Positions 28,043 through 37,553 of a DNA stretch of 41,265 bases are shown one piece after another. The position numbers and the translations under genes are program-made. The DNA is taken from the sequence record NC_107013.1; one strand, given 5' to 3'. Source of the stretch: a phage. The notes beneath the pieces were generated by a model. That model had not been told where the DNA came from. It ran no database searches and was given only the letters and a program-made list of their open reading frames with translations. Each line of letters starts with the position of its first letter. Within the stretch, counting starts at the first letter, position 1.

Positions 28043-28859
28043 TTATGGTCCCCATAAACGCCTTTATAAATTCGGCGGCTACTTGCGGGACGATGGCATT
28101 GCCGTAACCGCGCAATCGTCCCACTCTTGCGGGTATCCCATTAGCCAGCGGGAATGCGCCGGGTTCAACCGGCCGGAACTTTCCATCACGGCATCCGAGC
28201 CAGTCAGCATCTGACCAGAAGCCGTGGTGCGGGTTGGTTGACTCGCTTTCAATCCCTGCTCTGTTGAGTAGTCCAGCCTGTCGAATGTTCTGTCCCTCCC
28301 GTCCGTGCGAATCACTGTCTCTCCGCTCCCTCTGAAGTCGTTCGCTGTCGGTGTAGGCCAGTTCGTGCGCGCCAAAGAAGAGTCGTTCTCTTTTGTGCGG
28401 TGCGCCGACGCTACAAGCTGGGAGTACAGCAAACCCGACGGCGTAGTCTTCTCCTTCCAGGTGAGCTTGTAAATCGCACATCCACGATTTTGCAATTGCT
28501 GCTGCAACCTGCTCCCCAAAGATGACCGGAGGGCGGCACTCGCTGATGATGTCGAGGAAGACCGGCGCGAGGTGTCTCGGGTCGAACTGTCCGAGTTGTT
28601 TTCCTGCCGTGCTAAACGGTTGGCAAGGCGGGCTTCCCGTCCAGAGAGGCGTATCCTCCGAAACTCCCGCAAGTCTGAGCGCGAGAGGCCAGCCGCCGAT
28701 ACCAGCGAAAAAATGACACTGGGTGAACCCGTCAAGGTCTTCTGGCTTAACTTCGGTAATGCTTCTTTCATCTACAACTCCAAAAGGTATGTGACCATGT
28801 TTTATTAATTCACGCAGCCACGCGGCTGCGCCTTTATCCCATTCGTTGTAATAGTTCAT
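28035..28859 (-). CDS. DNA (cytosine-5)-methyltransferase
   Basis: Motif I FFAGIGG, motif IV PPCQPFS; other C5-MTase blocks. Confidence 0.8.
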   Translation of the reverse strand: MNYYNEWDKGAAAWLRELIKHGHIPFGVVDERSITEVKPEDLDGFTQCHFFAGIGGWPLALRLAGVSEDTPLWTGSPPCQPFSTAGKQLGQFDPRHLAPVFLDIISECRPPVIFGEQVAAAIAKSWMCDLQAHLEGEDYAVGFAVLPACSVGAPHKRERLFFGAHELAYTDSERLQRERRDSDSHGREGQNIRQAGLLNRAGIESESTNPHHGFWSDADWLGCRDGKFRPVEPGAFPLANGIPARVGRLRGYGNAIVPQVAAEFIKAFMGTINE

Positions 28860-29047
28860 TTCGCCACCAGCACCAGCTCTTTACGCCCGAACGCCGTAAC
28901 GTTACCCGTTACATCTTCGATAACCAGTTTACCGTTCGACTCGACGAACACCGTATCAACGGCAACAGGTTGACGTGTCTTAACGTTGAAAATCATGTCA
29001 CCCGGTACGATGTCACGTGCTGGTTTGCGGTCATATTCGTGTTTCAT
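28856..29047 (-). CDS. Hypothetical protein (63 aa)
   Basis: AAGGA RBS; ATGA coupling to the methyltransferase. Confidence 0.5.
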   Translation of the reverse strand: MKHEYDRKPARDIVPGDMIFNVKTRQPVAVDTVFVESNGKLVIEDVTGNVTAFGRKELVLVAK

Positions 29048-29077
29048 TTCTCAATTCCTTATATTGTTGGTGTAGGA

Positions 29078-29362
29078 CTAACTATAATAGCTAGCTATTA
29101 GGTCGTCAACCTGTTTAAACGAACCAACGACAAAAACATTTGCACCGCGTTTACGCATACGCTCATGCTCTCGTAACTGGTGCGGGTCAGGCTTCGTGTT
29201 TTCGTCTTTCTTAACCTCGATAAACCAGACGATGCCGCCGGGGAGAATTACCAGTAGGTCTGGAGCGCCGGAACGCCCCTCATAAGACAGTTTACGAACG
29301 AGGCCGCCAATGGCCTCGAATCGCTCTTTCGCGTATTTCTGAATCTTGCCTTCCGGGGTCAT
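29078..29362 (-). CDS. VRR-NUC domain nuclease (PD-(D/E)xK)
   Basis: Motif PDLLVI...IEVK; ATG at 29362. Confidence 0.6.
   Translation of the reverse strand: MTPEGKIQKYAKERFEAIGGLVRKLSYEGRSGAPDLLVILPGGIVWFIEVKKDENTKPDPHQLREHERMRKRGANVFVVGSFKQVDDLIASYYS
29081..29109 (-). promoter_or_regulatory. Class I early promoter TTGACG-N17-TATAGT with palindromic operator AATAGCTAGCTATT in the spacer
   Basis: About 20-bp shared core with promoters at 32635-32663 and 34772-34801. Confidence 0.5.
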
Positions 29363-29511
29363 GAACGCAGAACCCAAGTTATAAACGCTCCGCCGAGAAT
29401 GGCAACGCCAACAAACTTAAGGAGCAGGCTGTAGCAGAACATCGCAACTATTCCCGCACCGAGTAACAGTGTGAGCATGGTTACTATCGTCCAAAATACA
29501 AACATTGTCAT
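29359..29511 (-). CDS. Hypothetical small membrane protein (50 aa)
   Basis: Hydrophobic ORF with ATGA coupling to VRR-NUC start. Confidence 0.3.
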   Translation of the reverse strand: MTMFVFWTIVTMLTLLLGAGIVAMFCYSLLLKFVGVAILGGAFITWVLRS

Positions 29512-29714
29512 AACACGCACCCCTCCCGTTTTGTATGCTCAATACCGCAGCGCGGGCAGATTCGGCAGTCTTCTTCATAGAACCAGTAAATTTTCATTCC
29601 AGCACCCACAGATAAATTGCGACTAACATACACAATACGGCGACCATCATGCCGTATTGCCCCTCATGACAGTAGACACCCGCGGCGAATCCCGCCAGTA
29701 CCGCGATAATCAGT

Positions 29715-31895
29715 TTACTTAGCATAACGCTTCATCTCCGCACCTTCTGCTACAAGAGGGAACCCCTCAGCCCATTCCGGTAATTCGCACATCAACCGCT
29801 CAAGCTCTGCAACATTGTATTCTGGTAAATCTGGTGTCTCGCAGATAATCTCATCGTGTACGTGAAGCACAATCGGATAGCCGTTTGCTTCTACGTTAAG
29901 CAGCGCATTAGCCAACAAATCACGGCACAGCGCCTGAGTGCAGTTTTCCACGAGTTTACCGGAATATGTGTACTGGAAGCCCCACTGCCGTGTTAACTGG
30001 TTTTCGCCCTGGTACTTGATGCGGACGTTAGTGGACACCTTCCCGTCTTCGTCTGTCTCTTTCGACACGCTTAGCCCAACACCCGGATAAGACATAACGC
30101 GGCCCGACGGCAACGTCATCCGCAACCACCAACCGGCGACTTTGTTGCCGTTGTTGTCCGTTTCTACGTTGCGCGAAAACTTAACTCCCCGCGGCCCTGC
30201 GGTGAACTCTTTGCCTGGATTGCGGATAGCTGCCATAGCTGCGTCTTCAATATCCCGCCAGAAAGCTACTGTTTCCGGGTGTGACTCACGCCACATACGC
30301 TTGATAGCGTCGCAGGTACGCCACACTTTCTTATCAAGAATATAAGATGGTCGGTCATCATTTTCACCTGGACGTGGTGGTCGCTTGGCTTCCTGAATAC
30401 GCGCCCACTCATATCCACGTGCGGTAGCAGCCCAGATGTGGTCGGGGAAAGTCCCGTCCATTGTTTTTGTCATATCAACAAGGTCAAGGCCGAGGTTCTT
30501 GGCGAACTGTACGAATGCGCCGACACCACCCGCGTAGCCAAGTCCAAGTTCGCATGCCTTACCAATCTGGCGTAAGTCTTTACGTTCTTTCTTAATGTAA
30601 TCCGGCTCCATGCCGAACATCTTGCCTGCGGTTACGCAGTAAATATCCAGCCCGGCACGGAACGTATCAAGCGCGGTTTCTTCGCCAGCCAGCCACGCCA
30701 AACCCCGGCCTTCAACGTTCGAGTAGTCGGCGACGACAAACTTATGTCCGGCTTCCGGGATAATGCAGCTGCGAACCGTAGATGCCGTTAGCTTGGCTAC
30801 ATCAAAACGGCGATGTGCTCGGCCCTTAAGTAATGCTGAAATACCTTTATCCAGTTCATCATCGTGATAGTACCCACGCGCCAGGTTCTGCGGCTGGAAG
30901 CCTTTACCCGCAAATCGTAACGTACGTTTAGCTCCACCATACTGGATGCAACCGCGACGGCGGTCGTCAGACGAGCGGCCTAACAGCAGCGGGTTATATT
31001 TCGTTGACGCAGTGGATGCCGCCCCGAGGCGCATTTCTATAATCGTGCGGGCGTCGTCCGGTAAATCATCGTCAGCAAGCAGGTCGTTAAGCGTAGACTT
31101 CTGCGCGTTGTGGATGCGATGCGCAGGCGCCAGTTCACGCAGAATCGGCAGGAAGTCCTTACCTGTAAGCGAGCCGCCGTATTTACGTTGGGCTTCTTCC
31201 TGTAACTGTGCCTTGTGTTTCTCCACAGCTTCAATTGCGGCTTCCGCCAGCGCAACGTCGACCTTAAACCCGCGGTCGTTAATTAACTGGTCCAGTTCCA
31301 GTACACGGTCTTCGAACTCGGAGTTACCCCAACGCGGCAACTTATGGAACACTTCACGCATCGCGGTGATGTCGCTAACGGCGTACTTGATGAACAGCGC
31401 CCACTCATCCGGGTGCGTTTCAGCAGTGTAGCGGCGAATTTTGTAGTTCTTCGGCGTCGGTTTAGAGAAACGCTGAATAAGCGCTTTGCCTCGTTTGTCT
31501 TTCGCGTTGTCTGCAGACACGCCAAGCACTTCGCACAATGCGTCGAGTGAACCCGGCAGCGCGTGACGAAACGCCCAAATCATCGTATCAATGGTGTTGC
31601 TTACGGGAATATCAAAACCCCAGCAGTGCTTCATGATGAGTCTGTCGAACATTGAGCCGTTGTGCCACACCATCTTAATACGGCTGTTTGGTTTCACCAG
31701 ACGGCGTAACGCGCGGTGCAAATCACCCGGCATGTCGCTGCCGTTGGTGCAATCCCATACCTGCACAGGCTCGTCGTCAAAAGCATATGTGCAGATTAGA
31801 ACTTCGGTGGTTGGATGTTCGGCGTAAGCGTAGGAGCCGACTTTCTTCAAATCGGCTTCGGAGAATGTTTCAAAGTCTAAGAACAGGTAACTCAT
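29715..31895 (-). CDS. DNA polymerase, family A, with 3'-5' exonuclease domain
   Basis: N-terminal DFETFS (Exo I); C-terminal VHDEI (motif C). Confidence 0.85.
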   Translation of the reverse strand: MSYLFLDFETFSEADLKKVGSYAYAEHPTTEVLICTYAFDDEPVQVWDCTNGSDMPGDLHRALRRLVKPNSRIKMVWHNGSMFDRLIMKHCWGFDIPVSNTIDTMIWAFRHALPGSLDALCEVLGVSADNAKDKRGKALIQRFSKPTPKNYKIRRYTAETHPDEWALFIKYAVSDITAMREVFHKLPRWGNSEFEDRVLELDQLINDRGFKVDVALAEAAIEAVEKHKAQLQEEAQRKYGGSLTGKDFLPILRELAPAHRIHNAQKSTLNDLLADDDLPDDARTIIEMRLGAASTASTKYNPLLLGRSSDDRRRGCIQYGGAKRTLRFAGKGFQPQNLARGYYHDDELDKGISALLKGRAHRRFDVAKLTASTVRSCIIPEAGHKFVVADYSNVEGRGLAWLAGEETALDTFRAGLDIYCVTAGKMFGMEPDYIKKERKDLRQIGKACELGLGYAGGVGAFVQFAKNLGLDLVDMTKTMDGTFPDHIWAATARGYEWARIQEAKRPPRPGENDDRPSYILDKKVWRTCDAIKRMWRESHPETVAFWRDIEDAAMAAIRNPGKEFTAGPRGVKFSRNVETDNNGNKVAGWWLRMTLPSGRVMSYPGVGLSVSKETDEDGKVSTNVRIKYQGENQLTRQWGFQYTYSGKLVENCTQALCRDLLANALLNVEANGYPIVLHVHDEIICETPDLPEYNVAELERLMCELPEWAEGFPLVAEGAEMKRYAK

Positions 31896-31897
31896 TA

Positions 31898-31928
31898 TTT
31901 TTGACCCTTAGTAAAAAGGCCCAATGAA
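31898..31928 (-). terminator. Terminator on minus strand between the DUF2815-like gene and the polymerase gene
   Basis: AGGCCC-TTCATT-GGGCCT hairpin followed by TTTTT on the minus strand. Confidence 0.5.
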
Positions 31929-31954
31929 GGGCCTTAGTTAAATTGATTCAGATA

Positions 31955-32581
31955 TTAGCGACGACGACGCTCGCGGCGCGGTGCTTCATCTTCTTCGTCG
32001 TCTTCCAGGTCATTTACGCTGGCAGCGACTTTAGAACCGCCAAACGCTTTGCCTTCGCCAATGTATTTAATCGCCAGCAGGTTAACGCCGAGGACTTTAT
32101 ATTTCTGACTGAACCAGATTTCAACGCTTACGTTAGCGACGCAGCCGCTGTAAACCTGTTCACCTTCAATCTGTTCGCCGTCTACATTGAAGTCCTGTTC
32201 TACCTGAGTCTCGCCTTTTTTAGAGGTTACAATCAGTGGCTGTTTCTGTGCCTTCGCCTTGAAGTAGAAGCCTTCCGGGAAGTCTTCAAACGGATTGTCG
32301 CGCTCGGCAATGTCTTTAATCGCACATTTATCCATGTGCTTACCTTCGCCGTAGTTGGACTTCATCCACTTCTCAGCGGCAGCTGCGCCCAACGCTTCTT
32401 CAACCACAGCGTAAACGGTGTCGTAGAGCGCGTCGATTTGTGCGTGGTCAGACGGCAGGATGATAGTCGCGCTGTACTGGCCTTTAGTGATTGAGCCATC
32501 ATCGTTTTCACGGTCTTTTTCGCGTTCGAATACGTTAACCCATGCAGTGTTTACTTTACGCAGATTCAGTTTAATACCCAT
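31955..32581 (-). CDS. DUF2815-like protein (putative ssDNA-binding); acidic C-terminus
   Basis: Paired with DUF2800-like gene upstream; C-terminal DDEEDE. Confidence 0.45.
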   Translation of the reverse strand: MGIKLNLRKVNTAWVNVFEREKDRENDDGSITKGQYSATIILPSDHAQIDALYDTVYAVVEEALGAAAAEKWMKSNYGEGKHMDKCAIKDIAERDNPFEDFPEGFYFKAKAQKQPLIVTSKKGETQVEQDFNVDGEQIEGEQVYSGCVANVSVEIWFSQKYKVLGVNLLAIKYIGEGKAFGGSKVAASVNDLEDDEEDEAPRRERRRR

Positions 32582-32634
32582 CGTGATTTCTCGCTTTTCA
32601 GTTTACTCCGGGAACTGCCCGGCCAGTGATTAGA

Positions 32635-32663
32635 ACTATAATAGCTAACTATTCAGGTGTCAA
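32635..32663 (-). promoter_or_regulatory. Class I early promoter TTGACA-N17-TATAGT with AATAG-N4-CTATT operator
   Basis: Core AACTATAATAGCTAACTATT identical to 34772-34791. Confidence 0.5.
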
Positions 32664-32667
32664 CACT

Positions 32668-33918
32668 TTATTCCGAATCTTCTTCACTAACCTGATTCCA
32701 CTCAGGACGTTTGTCGTCTGCCGTTGCGACACATGGTGCGCCTGGCTTACGGGTAATAAACGGCTCAAGCGCTGCCATCTCATCCGCCGAAAGAACTTTT
32801 GCTGCCTCCGTAGGGGTCATCAATACCTCTTTTTTGAGAATGTCGCCGTGTGACACTTCAATCGCATCGGCATCTTTCCACGCACGATTACCCTGGCGGC
32901 CTTCTACCAGTTTGTACCCTGGCACTTTCTTACCGGAATGCAATGCGGCGGACATCGCTTTCTCAACCTTGTCGATGTGCTGGCGCAACAGCGGCAACTT
33001 CTCATACTCAACTACGAGTTGCTCCGTCGTCAGTTCCAGCACAAAGTCGTCTTCAAGTTCTTCCGCCAGTACAGAATTAACCGTCTTTGTACGCGCGGCA
33101 CACTGTTCAGAGAACCGGCACCACTGGCAACCATCTACTGACGGCTTAAAGTCTGACGCTTTCAGGTTCTTCTTACCGCGGAAATATGCATCAAGTGCTA
33201 ACAGTGCTCGTTTTTGTGCGAACTTAGCGAACAGTTCCAGGCCTTCAACCGAGATATCCCACTCCGACGCACCCCCAGCGTACGGCTGGAAGATGACCAG
33301 ACGAACAGTTGTTATGTTATAACGTCTCTTGAGTCGGCGATAGACACCGAGCGCGTAAAGCATAAGCTGCTTGTTTTCTTTCGCTTCGACGCGATGCCGT
33401 CCTGTTTTCAGGTCACCAATAATGAGCATGTGCTCGTCGGTGTTTGCCAGTTCCTGTACGGCAACAAGGTCAGCAGTTCCGAACGTTTCAACGCCTTCGT
33501 AGCCTGGGTGCAACACCTCAGTAAGATTGACGCGCATTTCCAGCTTAGCGTAAGTCGCTACATCAATAATCGCTTTGCAGTAGTCGGTGTACTTGCGCAC
33601 CTGCTCAATCATGTCCGCCGTAATCAGTACCGCGCCTTTCATCGGGCTGATTAGCGCCTTAATCTGGCCTTTACCCTCATCCAGCACATAAGCGCCAACT
33701 TCACGCTCTAATGGCAGAGCAGTGCCTTTGATGTACTGGTTAAGGTGCATCTCCGCTATGGTGTGGCATGCAGTCCCTGTAACGGCGGCTTTACCAGACG
33801 TGTTGGGAATATCTTTCTCACAGGCCAGTGACGCACTGCACGCCAGCCACTTTTTAGCGCCAGACGGCGACAGTAAGGCGTGCACATCGTTATTGCCGCC
33901 GCGTTCCTTTAAAATCAT
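32668..33918 (-). CDS. DUF2800-like PD-(D/E)xK (Cas4/RecB-like) nuclease
   Basis: N-terminal LLSPSGAKKW...C motif; C-terminal Cys cluster; GGAG RBS before ATG 33918. Confidence 0.55.
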   Translation of the reverse strand: MILKERGGNNDVHALLSPSGAKKWLACSASLACEKDIPNTSGKAAVTGTACHTIAEMHLNQYIKGTALPLEREVGAYVLDEGKGQIKALISPMKGAVLITADMIEQVRKYTDYCKAIIDVATYAKLEMRVNLTEVLHPGYEGVETFGTADLVAVQELANTDEHMLIIGDLKTGRHRVEAKENKQLMLYALGVYRRLKRRYNITTVRLVIFQPYAGGASEWDISVEGLELFAKFAQKRALLALDAYFRGKKNLKASDFKPSVDGCQWCRFSEQCAARTKTVNSVLAEELEDDFVLELTTEQLVVEYEKLPLLRQHIDKVEKAMSAALHSGKKVPGYKLVEGRQGNRAWKDADAIEVSHGDILKKEVLMTPTEAAKVLSADEMAALEPFITRKPGAPCVATADDKRPEWNQVSEEDSE

Positions 33919-34187
33919 ACCCTGCTCTCCCACTGGTCAATTAAATGTCGTGTCTTATGGTCGCAGTGCATAGCCCAGCCATACATCGACTCGAAGACGT
34001 AAAAGTCCGGTTTGGCGAAAGTCGTGCGCTTAATATGTGACACGTGGCGGCCTATGTCTTTAGGCCGTGGCACTTTGCCTAAGTACGCCATATCTTCCAT
34101 CTGGTGCGAGCCAGACGGCGCACGTAACAGCCATAGCGCCTCTGTGCTATCCCGCCTGTCTACGGCGCGGTAGAGTTGGTAAATCAT
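33915..34187 (-). CDS. Hypothetical protein (90 aa)
   Basis: ATGA coupling with the downstream gene. Confidence 0.45.
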   Translation of the reverse strand: MIYQLYRAVDRRDSTEALWLLRAPSGSHQMEDMAYLGKVPRPKDIGRHVSHIKRTTFAKPDFYVFESMYGWAMHCDHKTRHLIDQWESRV

Positions 34188-34202
34188 AATTCCGACCCTC
34201 AG

Positions 34203-34230
34203 TTAAAGCGGCCCGAAGGCCGCGGGATAG
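34203..34230 (-). terminator. Terminator on minus strand
   Basis: GCGGCC-TTCG-GGCCGC hairpin then T-rich tail on the minus strand. Confidence 0.45.
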
Positions 34231-34740
34231 TTATTCTTCTTCGAAATACTTGTTCTTGATTGCTGTCAGGCGCTCCAGATACTCAGCCAGGTCTTCGTCT
34301 TTAATCGCTGCAATCTTCATCTTCTTACCGGTAAACTCTTCCAGCAGTTCGTCAGAATCGTCGCACGCGGCATCGCTTGGGCCTTCGTTAATCGCATCGT
34401 CGATAGCCTGAATCTGGTCGCGCAGAGACTGGTAATCGACTTCTTCTTTCTCTTCTTCCGGCTCTGGCGTTGGTTCCTCTACTTTGTCCTTACGCGGCTT
34501 GCGCTTCGGCTTCTCTTCTTCTGCGGGTTTAGTGTCAACGGTGTCTTCACCTTCTACCGGGATTTCTTTCCCGACGCCAGTGCCTGGGTCGACTTCAAGT
34601 ACCTCTCCCGTAGCCGACACGTCTACAAGCATTTCACCTGCGCGCTCAGCCGGCGGCACCTGTCGTTTCACACTATTTGCGGCAATCAGTTCATGTGCAA
34701 CTACGAAACGTTCCAGTAATTTTAAAAATTGGTCTAACAT
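34231..34740 (-). CDS. Hypothetical acidic protein (first gene of an early transcript)
   Basis: 169-aa Glu/Asp-rich ORF directly downstream of a class I promoter. Confidence 0.5.
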   Translation of the reverse strand: MLDQFLKLLERFVVAHELIAANSVKRQVPPAERAGEMLVDVSATGEVLEVDPGTGVGKEIPVEGEDTVDTKPAEEEKPKRKPRKDKVEEPTPEPEEEKEEVDYQSLRDQIQAIDDAINEGPSDAACDDSDELLEEFTGKKMKIAAIKDEDLAEYLERLTAIKNKYFEEE

Positions 34741-34771
34741 TTGTTTCTCTCCTCTCGTTTGGTATATGCTA

Positions 34772-34801
34772 ACTATAATAGCTAACTATTCATGTTGTCA
34801 A
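34772..34801 (-). promoter_or_regulatory. Class I early promoter with AATAG-N4-CTATT operator (18-bp spacer variant)
   Basis: Core AACTATAATAGCTAACTATT identical to 32636-32655. Confidence 0.5.
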
Positions 34802-34805
34802 TGGG

Positions 34806-34834
34806 CTTTTCTAAAATAATTAATATGGTACTAT
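34806..34834 (+). promoter_or_regulatory. Extended -10 promoter (TGgTACTAT) for the XRE-family gene, divergent from the class I promoter
   Basis: TG-extended -10 with weak -35, upstream of 34866. Confidence 0.35.
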
Positions 34835-34865
34835 TCACATATCAACTGACTAAGGAGTAATTGGC

Positions 34866-35081
34866 ATGCAACCATCTGAACTAGGTATCCGTGTAGAGCA
34901 ACGCCGTAAAGAACTCGGTATCTCCCAGCGCCATCTGGCTGTCCTGGCCGGTGTTTCCCAAGGCGCGATTAACCAGCTGGCACTTGGGGTAACTCAGGAC
35001 GTCCGCCCAGCGACGCTGTTTAAACTGGCGGAAGTGCTGCAAGTAGACGCCAAGTGGCTGGCGTTGGGTGAAGGGGCTTAA
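34866..35081 (+). CDS. XRE-family (Cro/CI-like) HTH transcriptional regulator
   Basis: LGISQRHLAVLAGVSQGAINQL helix-turn-helix; AAGGAG RBS; own terminator. Confidence 0.7.
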   Translation: MQPSELGIRVEQRRKELGISQRHLAVLAGVSQGAINQLALGVTQDVRPATLFKLAEVLQVDAKWLALGEGA

Positions 35082-35097
35082 CGCCCCTTTATTTTTA
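35072..35097 (+). terminator. Rho-independent terminator ending the single-gene XRE transcript
   Basis: GGGGC-TTAAC-GCCCC hairpin then TTTATTTTT. Confidence 0.6.
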
Positions 35098-35098
35098 C

Positions 35099-37360
35099 CT
35101 ATTCCAAATCCTCCTCTGTCACTGTCAGCATTTCATTCGGTTCGTATATTGTCTTAGGAATTTTGTTGTCGTTTATACCCCACGGCAACCTGTATTGCTT
35201 AGGGATGGGCCTGTTGTTGTTATCCAGCCCAGAGACGATAACCCCCGCCTCGTGCATCTCTTCCAGTTTCTTTCGAAGGTCGTTATTAGCGTTAATCGGT
35301 ACGCCGTAACTATCTTCTTTCGCCGCTTTGACGATAGCTGACATAGAGAACCCTCGCTTGTCGTCGCCTTGCTCCTGCAATTTACCTAATGCGTAAATAA
35401 CCGTAGCCTCTTTGGAATCCAGTTTCTCGAACTGGCCTACCTTTTCTTTAACGGCTTCCTTCTGTTCGTCAGTCATACCTTCTACTTTCTTCACAAAGAC
35501 AGAGAAGGCGTTGAAGTTGACAAAGACATCAATATGCGGATTTCCCGCGTCAAAATCGCGCACATCATCACTGCTATACCCTTCCGGAAGCCCCATGAAG
35601 TTGTGAGTTGGTTCTTTCTTTTCCGGCGGCTCCGCTATCTGAATCTTCTGTATTACGAATCCTCTGGCTTTCTGCCGTTCTCCATTTCGGTTCTTTATGT
35701 GATACAGGTTTATCTCTAAGTTATTGTCGTTGTCTGGTTTATGCAGGAACATCCCGTTATCGATGGAGTTGTGAAAATCACTTCCACCCTTCGGCATCAT
35801 GCCGTTTTCAGACGGCACAGTTTCGTCGATGTTTTTAGTCGGGTGCACCATAGCGCCTACCGCAGCGTTAAGCGTCGACGCTATTTCGTTAAGCGCCTGC
35901 GCCGCTTCTTTCATAGACCGGTTGTCGTTCTCGTCGAAGCCCGGTATGCAAGTTTGTAGAGTATCAAACGTAACCTTTACAATTTTCTCTTCACCGGCGA
36001 CACGGCGCATCATTCTCACCGCCTGGCGGCGCCATGCTTCATCAAGTAAATTACACCCATCCGCAACACAATCGATAATGTGCAAGCGGTCGAGGCTATC
36101 GCCAAGTGCAATCTGCAAAGATTTTTTATGTCTCTCGAACGACTGCGCACCTTCGCCCGCGAAGATAAATGCATGACCTTCTGCGACCTCAGCACCACCG
36201 AACGCATATCTTTTTTCGGCGGCGATAGCAGCGTCAATCGCCATACTAAATGTTGACTTACCAGTGTGGGACTTTGCGCAAATGTAGAACGATTCGTTGG
36301 TCTGCATAAGGCCGTCTACTACGGGGTAAGCAGGTTCTTTTTCTACTTCCGGCTCGTCTTCGAGGTCTTCAAGCGTACAAGTTACAGGCTCCTCGTTCTC
36401 TGTGCGGTGCAGTTCTTCAATCTCTTCGTCCGGTAAGTCAGGCAAAGCCGCACGAATGCTGTTAATACTGATAGGTTGCTTGTCTATGTTAAGCTCGTCG
36501 GGCAGGCCGCACATACGCAAGGCCAAATGTTGCCGACGGTTAAGCTCGGTACAAGCGCCGTTGTTTGTGTGCTGGCACACGAAGCGCACCTCTTTACCGT
36601 CAAGCATGATGCTGGTGGAGCCTTTGCCTGTATGCAGATGTTCGTTCGGACATGGTACTTCGTACCCACGACCTGACGACAGCGCATCAAGACCCAACTC
36701 CGCTTCGCAAAAATACGCTATGTCGGCATTCAGCCCACGCTCATCGGCGGCAAGTGTCTTAGCTTCACGTTTACGCAGACCCATCTCTTCGGCTTTCTTG
36801 ATGTACCGCTCAGCACGGATAACACGCCCTTCTGTGACCGTTATCTTCGACTCTTTATGGGGAAGGTAGATAAGACGGTTGCCGTCTTCCGTGCAGTGGT
36901 CGCGCAATGCTTCGTCTATTTCCAACTCTGCGCAAATAGCACGTTGTACCATCCACGCATCGTTAGAGTTGAACGGAGTGCGGGCCGGAACCAGAACGCG
37001 GAATGCGTAATCGCCGTTTTTACACGCATGCTGATGCGACGCCGTTGTGTGCAGGATATTGAAGAACGGCGCGTTCTTGAATTTGCGTGTCAGGTCGCGG
37101 TACTGAGTACGGTTGAGATGGTCGAAGTCGAACTTAACCACACTGTCTTCCAGAATAGCGTTTTTACGGCGACCGCCAACAGGTGCGATAGCCTTCTGCT
37201 TAATCTTGGCAGCGTCGTACTCTTCCTTAGTCCACGACGGGTCTACGGATAAACGCTTCGATGTATCGCACACAAACTCGACAAACTGTTCCAGCGGCAT
37301 CTCACGAGCCACAGGATTTTTATCGAATGTGTTACGCAGCGTTGCAAAAACAATATTCAT
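35099..37360 (-). CDS. Bifunctional primase-polymerase / helicase
   Basis: N-terminal FDFDHL acidic motif; Cys/His zinc-binding segment; Walker A SHTGKST. Confidence 0.75.
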   Translation of the reverse strand: MNIVFATLRNTFDKNPVAREMPLEQFVEFVCDTSKRLSVDPSWTKEEYDAAKIKQKAIAPVGGRRKNAILEDSVVKFDFDHLNRTQYRDLTRKFKNAPFFNILHTTASHQHACKNGDYAFRVLVPARTPFNSNDAWMVQRAICAELEIDEALRDHCTEDGNRLIYLPHKESKITVTEGRVIRAERYIKKAEEMGLRKREAKTLAADERGLNADIAYFCEAELGLDALSSGRGYEVPCPNEHLHTGKGSTSIMLDGKEVRFVCQHTNNGACTELNRRQHLALRMCGLPDELNIDKQPISINSIRAALPDLPDEEIEELHRTENEEPVTCTLEDLEDEPEVEKEPAYPVVDGLMQTNESFYICAKSHTGKSTFSMAIDAAIAAEKRYAFGGAEVAEGHAFIFAGEGAQSFERHKKSLQIALGDSLDRLHIIDCVADGCNLLDEAWRRQAVRMMRRVAGEEKIVKVTFDTLQTCIPGFDENDNRSMKEAAQALNEIASTLNAAVGAMVHPTKNIDETVPSENGMMPKGGSDFHNSIDNGMFLHKPDNDNNLEINLYHIKNRNGERQKARGFVIQKIQIAEPPEKKEPTHNFMGLPEGYSSDDVRDFDAGNPHIDVFVNFNAFSVFVKKVEGMTDEQKEAVKEKVGQFEKLDSKEATVIYALGKLQEQGDDKRGFSMSAIVKAAKEDSYGVPINANNDLRKKLEEMHEAGVIVSGLDNNNRPIPKQYRLPWGINDNKIPKTIYEPNEMLTVTEEDLE

Positions 37361-37485
37361 TTCTTTTTCTCCGCACGTTCTAAGGCTTCCTGCATACGAC
37401 GCATTGCGCGGTTCATCTTTACCTGTGCGAAGAAATCAGCGCCGTGTTTCTGTCGGCGTAGCTGTGGAACTATTAACTTCGTCAT
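37357..37485 (-). CDS. Hypothetical small basic protein (42 aa)
   Basis: AAGGA RBS; ATGA coupling to primase start. Confidence 0.35.
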   Translation of the reverse strand: MTKLIVPQLRRQKHGADFFAQVKMNRAMRRMQEALERAEKKK

Positions 37486-37553
37486 TGTATAATCCTTGTG
37501 CTTACTTTGATGATTTGTACCTTAGCCCCGACGTTCTGGCGTTGGGGTTTCTT

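Noticed and set aside
28079-28771. 230-aa same-strand alternative-frame ORF inside the methyltransferase gene
   Set aside because: The methyltransferase frame carries the canonical C5-MTase motifs; the alternate frame is a low-complexity Ser/Arg-rich translation.
32711-33322. 203-aa plus-strand ORF opposite the DUF2800-like gene, and 183-aa ORF 31943..32494 opposite the DUF2815-like gene
   Set aside because: Antisense ORFs with Ser/Ala-rich low-complexity translations; minus-strand genes have promoters, RBSs and coupling.
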